Below are positions 61,408-64,000 of a stretch of DNA of 64,000 bases, one piece after another. The position numbers were made by a program, and so were the translations under genes. The stretch is taken from positions 1,216,001 to 1,280,000 of the forward strand of contig OZ244732.1 in the NCBI GenBank assembly GCA_965219345.1, read 5' to 3'. Origin of the DNA: Nitrosopumilus sp. Lineage in GTDB: Archaea > Thermoproteota > Nitrososphaeria > Nitrososphaerales > Nitrosopumilaceae. The notes beneath the pieces are model-generated. The model searched no databases. It was given only the letters and a program-made list of their open reading frames with translations, and was not told the origin of the DNA. Position 1 is the first letter of the stretch; the number at the start of each line of letters is the position of its first letter.

Positions 61408-61704
61408 TTATTTCCATTCTTGGTATCCGTCCAGAGTCCATACCTTCCAGCCTTTTTTGGCAAGTCTGCCATTAAAGATCATCACCTTGCATCTGCGGCA
61501 AATCTTGATTGGAATATTCTCCCTTTTTCGCTTCTCAAGTCTAACCAAAATGCTTGGAGTGTTCAATGAGGCGATCTGGCATTCTGGACACCTGGGAGAA
61601 TCACCCTGGTCATGCGTATTGCTTATTTCTTTATTTTTCATTATTACCGTAATGTACGGTACAGATCGATAAAAACATTGTGCGTAACTTCTCCACCTGT
61701 TCAA
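61408..61704 (-). CDS. Small Zn-finger protein
   Basis: CPEC..CRRC; start probably internal MKNK. Confidence 0.5.
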   Translation of the reverse strand: MNRWRSYAQCFYRSVPYITVIMKNKEISNTHDQGDSPRCPECQIASLNTPSILVRLEKRKRENIPIKICRRCKVMIFNGRLAKKGWKVWTLDGYQEWK

Positions 61705-63164
61705 TCTGTGTCATTTTGTAATTTTCCACAAGGCGTTCATTTAGACGGATTGGTATTAAGTTAGGGTGATCATAGTTATAATATGTTAAATGCCAGAAAA
61801 CATCAAGATTATGTCAAAAAATAGGGAAATAGAAACTAAAAATCAACATGAAGAAAAATTGGATGAAGTATTATTCATGTTTGTAGATGATGAAATGGAT
61901 TATGATATTTCTAAAAATGAGATCGTTAAGATTGTAGAAAATCATACGCTAAATGCAATTAACAAAGTACAAGATGAAGATGATGATTGGATCACAAATT
62001 GTCATAAGGAACGCACTTATTCGTGGTATAGTAATTACCAATCTAAAGGCCATTATGTTTGTGCTCCTTGGGCTTCTGGTGCTGGACACACGTTATACAG
62101 CACTATTGGACTTGGAATCTAACTCTTCTCTTTTATTTTTTAAAAAGAAGAAAAATATTATTTTGTTAATTGTTGTATTTGTTTCAATATATTTGTCGTT
62201 TCCAATTATTGGGAATGTTTGTAATCAGTTTAGTCTTAGTATAGATGATATTTGTGTACAGATTTGGCGTTATGGTCCTATTATTACACTGGAAGAGAAT
62301 ATTTGGGATTATGAGAAGGATAATTGGTATGAAAGCCAAACATGATTTTATTACGATTTTGTGATCAAAATTCTGATCGTTAGACGTTTAATCAATATGA
62401 TTCTAGAAATGTCAATAATGGAAAAAACATCAAAAATACAAATTGCCAGTATTTTCACAATATGTGCTACACTGATTGGAGGTATTGGGAATATACAAGC
62501 TGAAGAACAAGAACCAGATATTAAAAAGGTAGTAAAAGAAATTTCAAGAGTTACGAGAATATATCAAAGATGAATCTCCACTATAAGAAGATGCAATGCA
62601 AATCAGAAATGCCCTGATTCAGCAAAGCACACTGAGAATGGCCCGCAGTAGGATAAGAGACGATTTCGTATGGGAGAACCTGTGCAGTTTGCCATTTTGC
62701 AGGTACTCTTTCTGCTGCCGTGTCAGAATGACATCAAATCAGTTCTGCAGTCAAGCTTGGATGGATTGGTAGAATATTCGAAAAATCCAAAAGCACCAAT
62801 AGTCAAAGAGAAGGAAAAATTTCGCGTCCTTAACTCGTGTTTTTAAATTTCTTTATGCAGAAAAGTAACATGATGCCTTTGATGAGATTTTGAGCCTTTT
62901 ATTTGGGGACATATTGGGTATCATGTCTGAGAATACAGGACTGTCATTATTTGAAGAACTTGCAAGAGAGATGATTAAAAATATCAAGCCTCGCAGACTA
63001 GAATTCTGAACAAATGGCACAATGACCTTTTAAAATACCCCATGTCATACAACATGGATGACATAGTAATGATGTCAAAAAAGACCTTTGATCTCATACA
63101 GGAATTTCTAATCCGGTATGAAAAAATGATCAACGGCATGAACAGGAACCAGGCCCGTAAACCA

Positions 63165-64000
63165 TCATTCACACTTTGGACAATGCTCCCCAACATATGA
63201 AGAAGAGCAGATATCGCATGCGCTGATGTTTTTGAGAATCTCCATGATGCCGGTATCTTGAATCTTTTTTGCCAAATCTTTAAACTCGCTTACCTCCTGC
63301 ATCAACTTTGCATTCTCAGAAGACTGGATTACCTTGGCCTGCCGTATCTTTTCTTGGGCGTCTTTTGCCTCTTTTTTGAGGCGTTGTTCATCAGATATGG
63401 TAAGAAAAGCAATGGCCTTTTGATACTCAGAGAACCGCTCAAAGTCTTCTTCTACATATCTTTCATAGTTTTTCTCAAGGCCCACCTTGTGCCCCATCAT
63501 GTCCTCTTTGTCCAGGTAGTTTACCTTGGCACGTCTCATCATTGTGTTAAAATATTTTCGAAACCCGTGATCAAGCTTTACAGAGTACCTCTTTTTTCCC
63601 GGTGGCAAAGGCGGCCTGAGTCCTGCATCTTTTGCCATGTTCTCCACTCTCTTTCTTACACCCTTTTGTTCCAGCCTTCTTACTTCAAGACGGTCGGTGA
63701 CCCTTAGCAGTGGAAAGTCTGGTTCCGGATAAGAGTGGAGATCATTTCTCCACTTTTCCCGGTACTGCCACAAATACTCGCATGCCTCTGGCGTGATAAA
63801 CGTCCAATAGCTTTCAGGGTCTCCACAATACACCAGCAACGCGCCGCCCTTGAACTGTTCCTCCTCATCTCTGAAAAATATCACATCACGCCACGTAAAA
63901 TAACTCCATGACTCCAGTCTGAATCCGGCCGATGAGAACATTGTAATTATTACCTTGTCTGTAATGTCATGTGCTGCAATCATCATCTTTTGTAGTTCTT
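63165..64000 (-). CDS. Tyrosine recombinase/integrase (5' end outside window)
   Basis: SSAGFR, HGFRKYF, MGH..NY catalytic residues; C-terminal CxxC pairs. Confidence 0.9.
   Translation of the reverse strand, partial: ELQKMMIAAHDITDKVIITMFSSAGFRLESWSYFTWRDVIFFRDEEEQFKGGALLVYCGDPESYWTFITPEACEYLWQYREKWRNDLHSYPEPDFPLLRVTDRLEVRRLEQKGVRKRVENMAKDAGLRPPLPPGKKRYSVKLDHGFRKYFNTMMRRAKVNYLDKEDMMGHKVGLEKNYERYVEEDFERFSEYQKAIAFLTISDEQRLKKEAKDAQEKIRQAKVIQSSENAKLMQEVSEFKDLAKKIQDTGIMEILKNISACDICSSSYVGEHCPKCE

Noticed and set aside
61790-63164. Functional calls for short ORFs before the integrase
   Set aside because: Fragmentary and frameshifted; no motif I can support.

Overview
The window comes from an AT-rich ammonia-oxidising archaeon (Nitrosopumilaceae-like thaumarchaeote). 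Heavy IS, R-M and pseudogene content suggests a host-associated strain (inference). Core-type genes at about 9.4-32.9 kb are: Lrp, DEAD helicase, DsbA, ugd/galU, tRNA-Thr, arginine decarboxylase, pepF and a Thermoplasmatales-order K-E-C-F-A-B-D-H-I ATPase operon. These are interleaved with accessory DNA. Main observations: (1) three unrelated genes are each interrupted by a 34-36 bp foreign insert flanked by a 30-37 bp target duplication, the geometry of off-target Cas1-Cas2 spacer integration; (2) two TIR-bounded IS6-like cargo transposons carry R-M genes plus non-canonical long-variable-arm tRNAs (CAG and CCT anticodons, both G73), one with an upstream antisense segment; (3) a poly-G frameshift in an MTase-HNH gene and a poly-G promoter spacer look like phase-variation switches; (4) an orphan, divergent amoB paralogue; (5) a duplicated gene whose 18 visible differences are all non-synonymous. 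The right third is an ICE-like island (surface/pilin module, TA pairs, Fic proteins, tyrosine integrase) with decayed pieces of a second related element. All calls come from reading the sequence by eye; no database searches were run.
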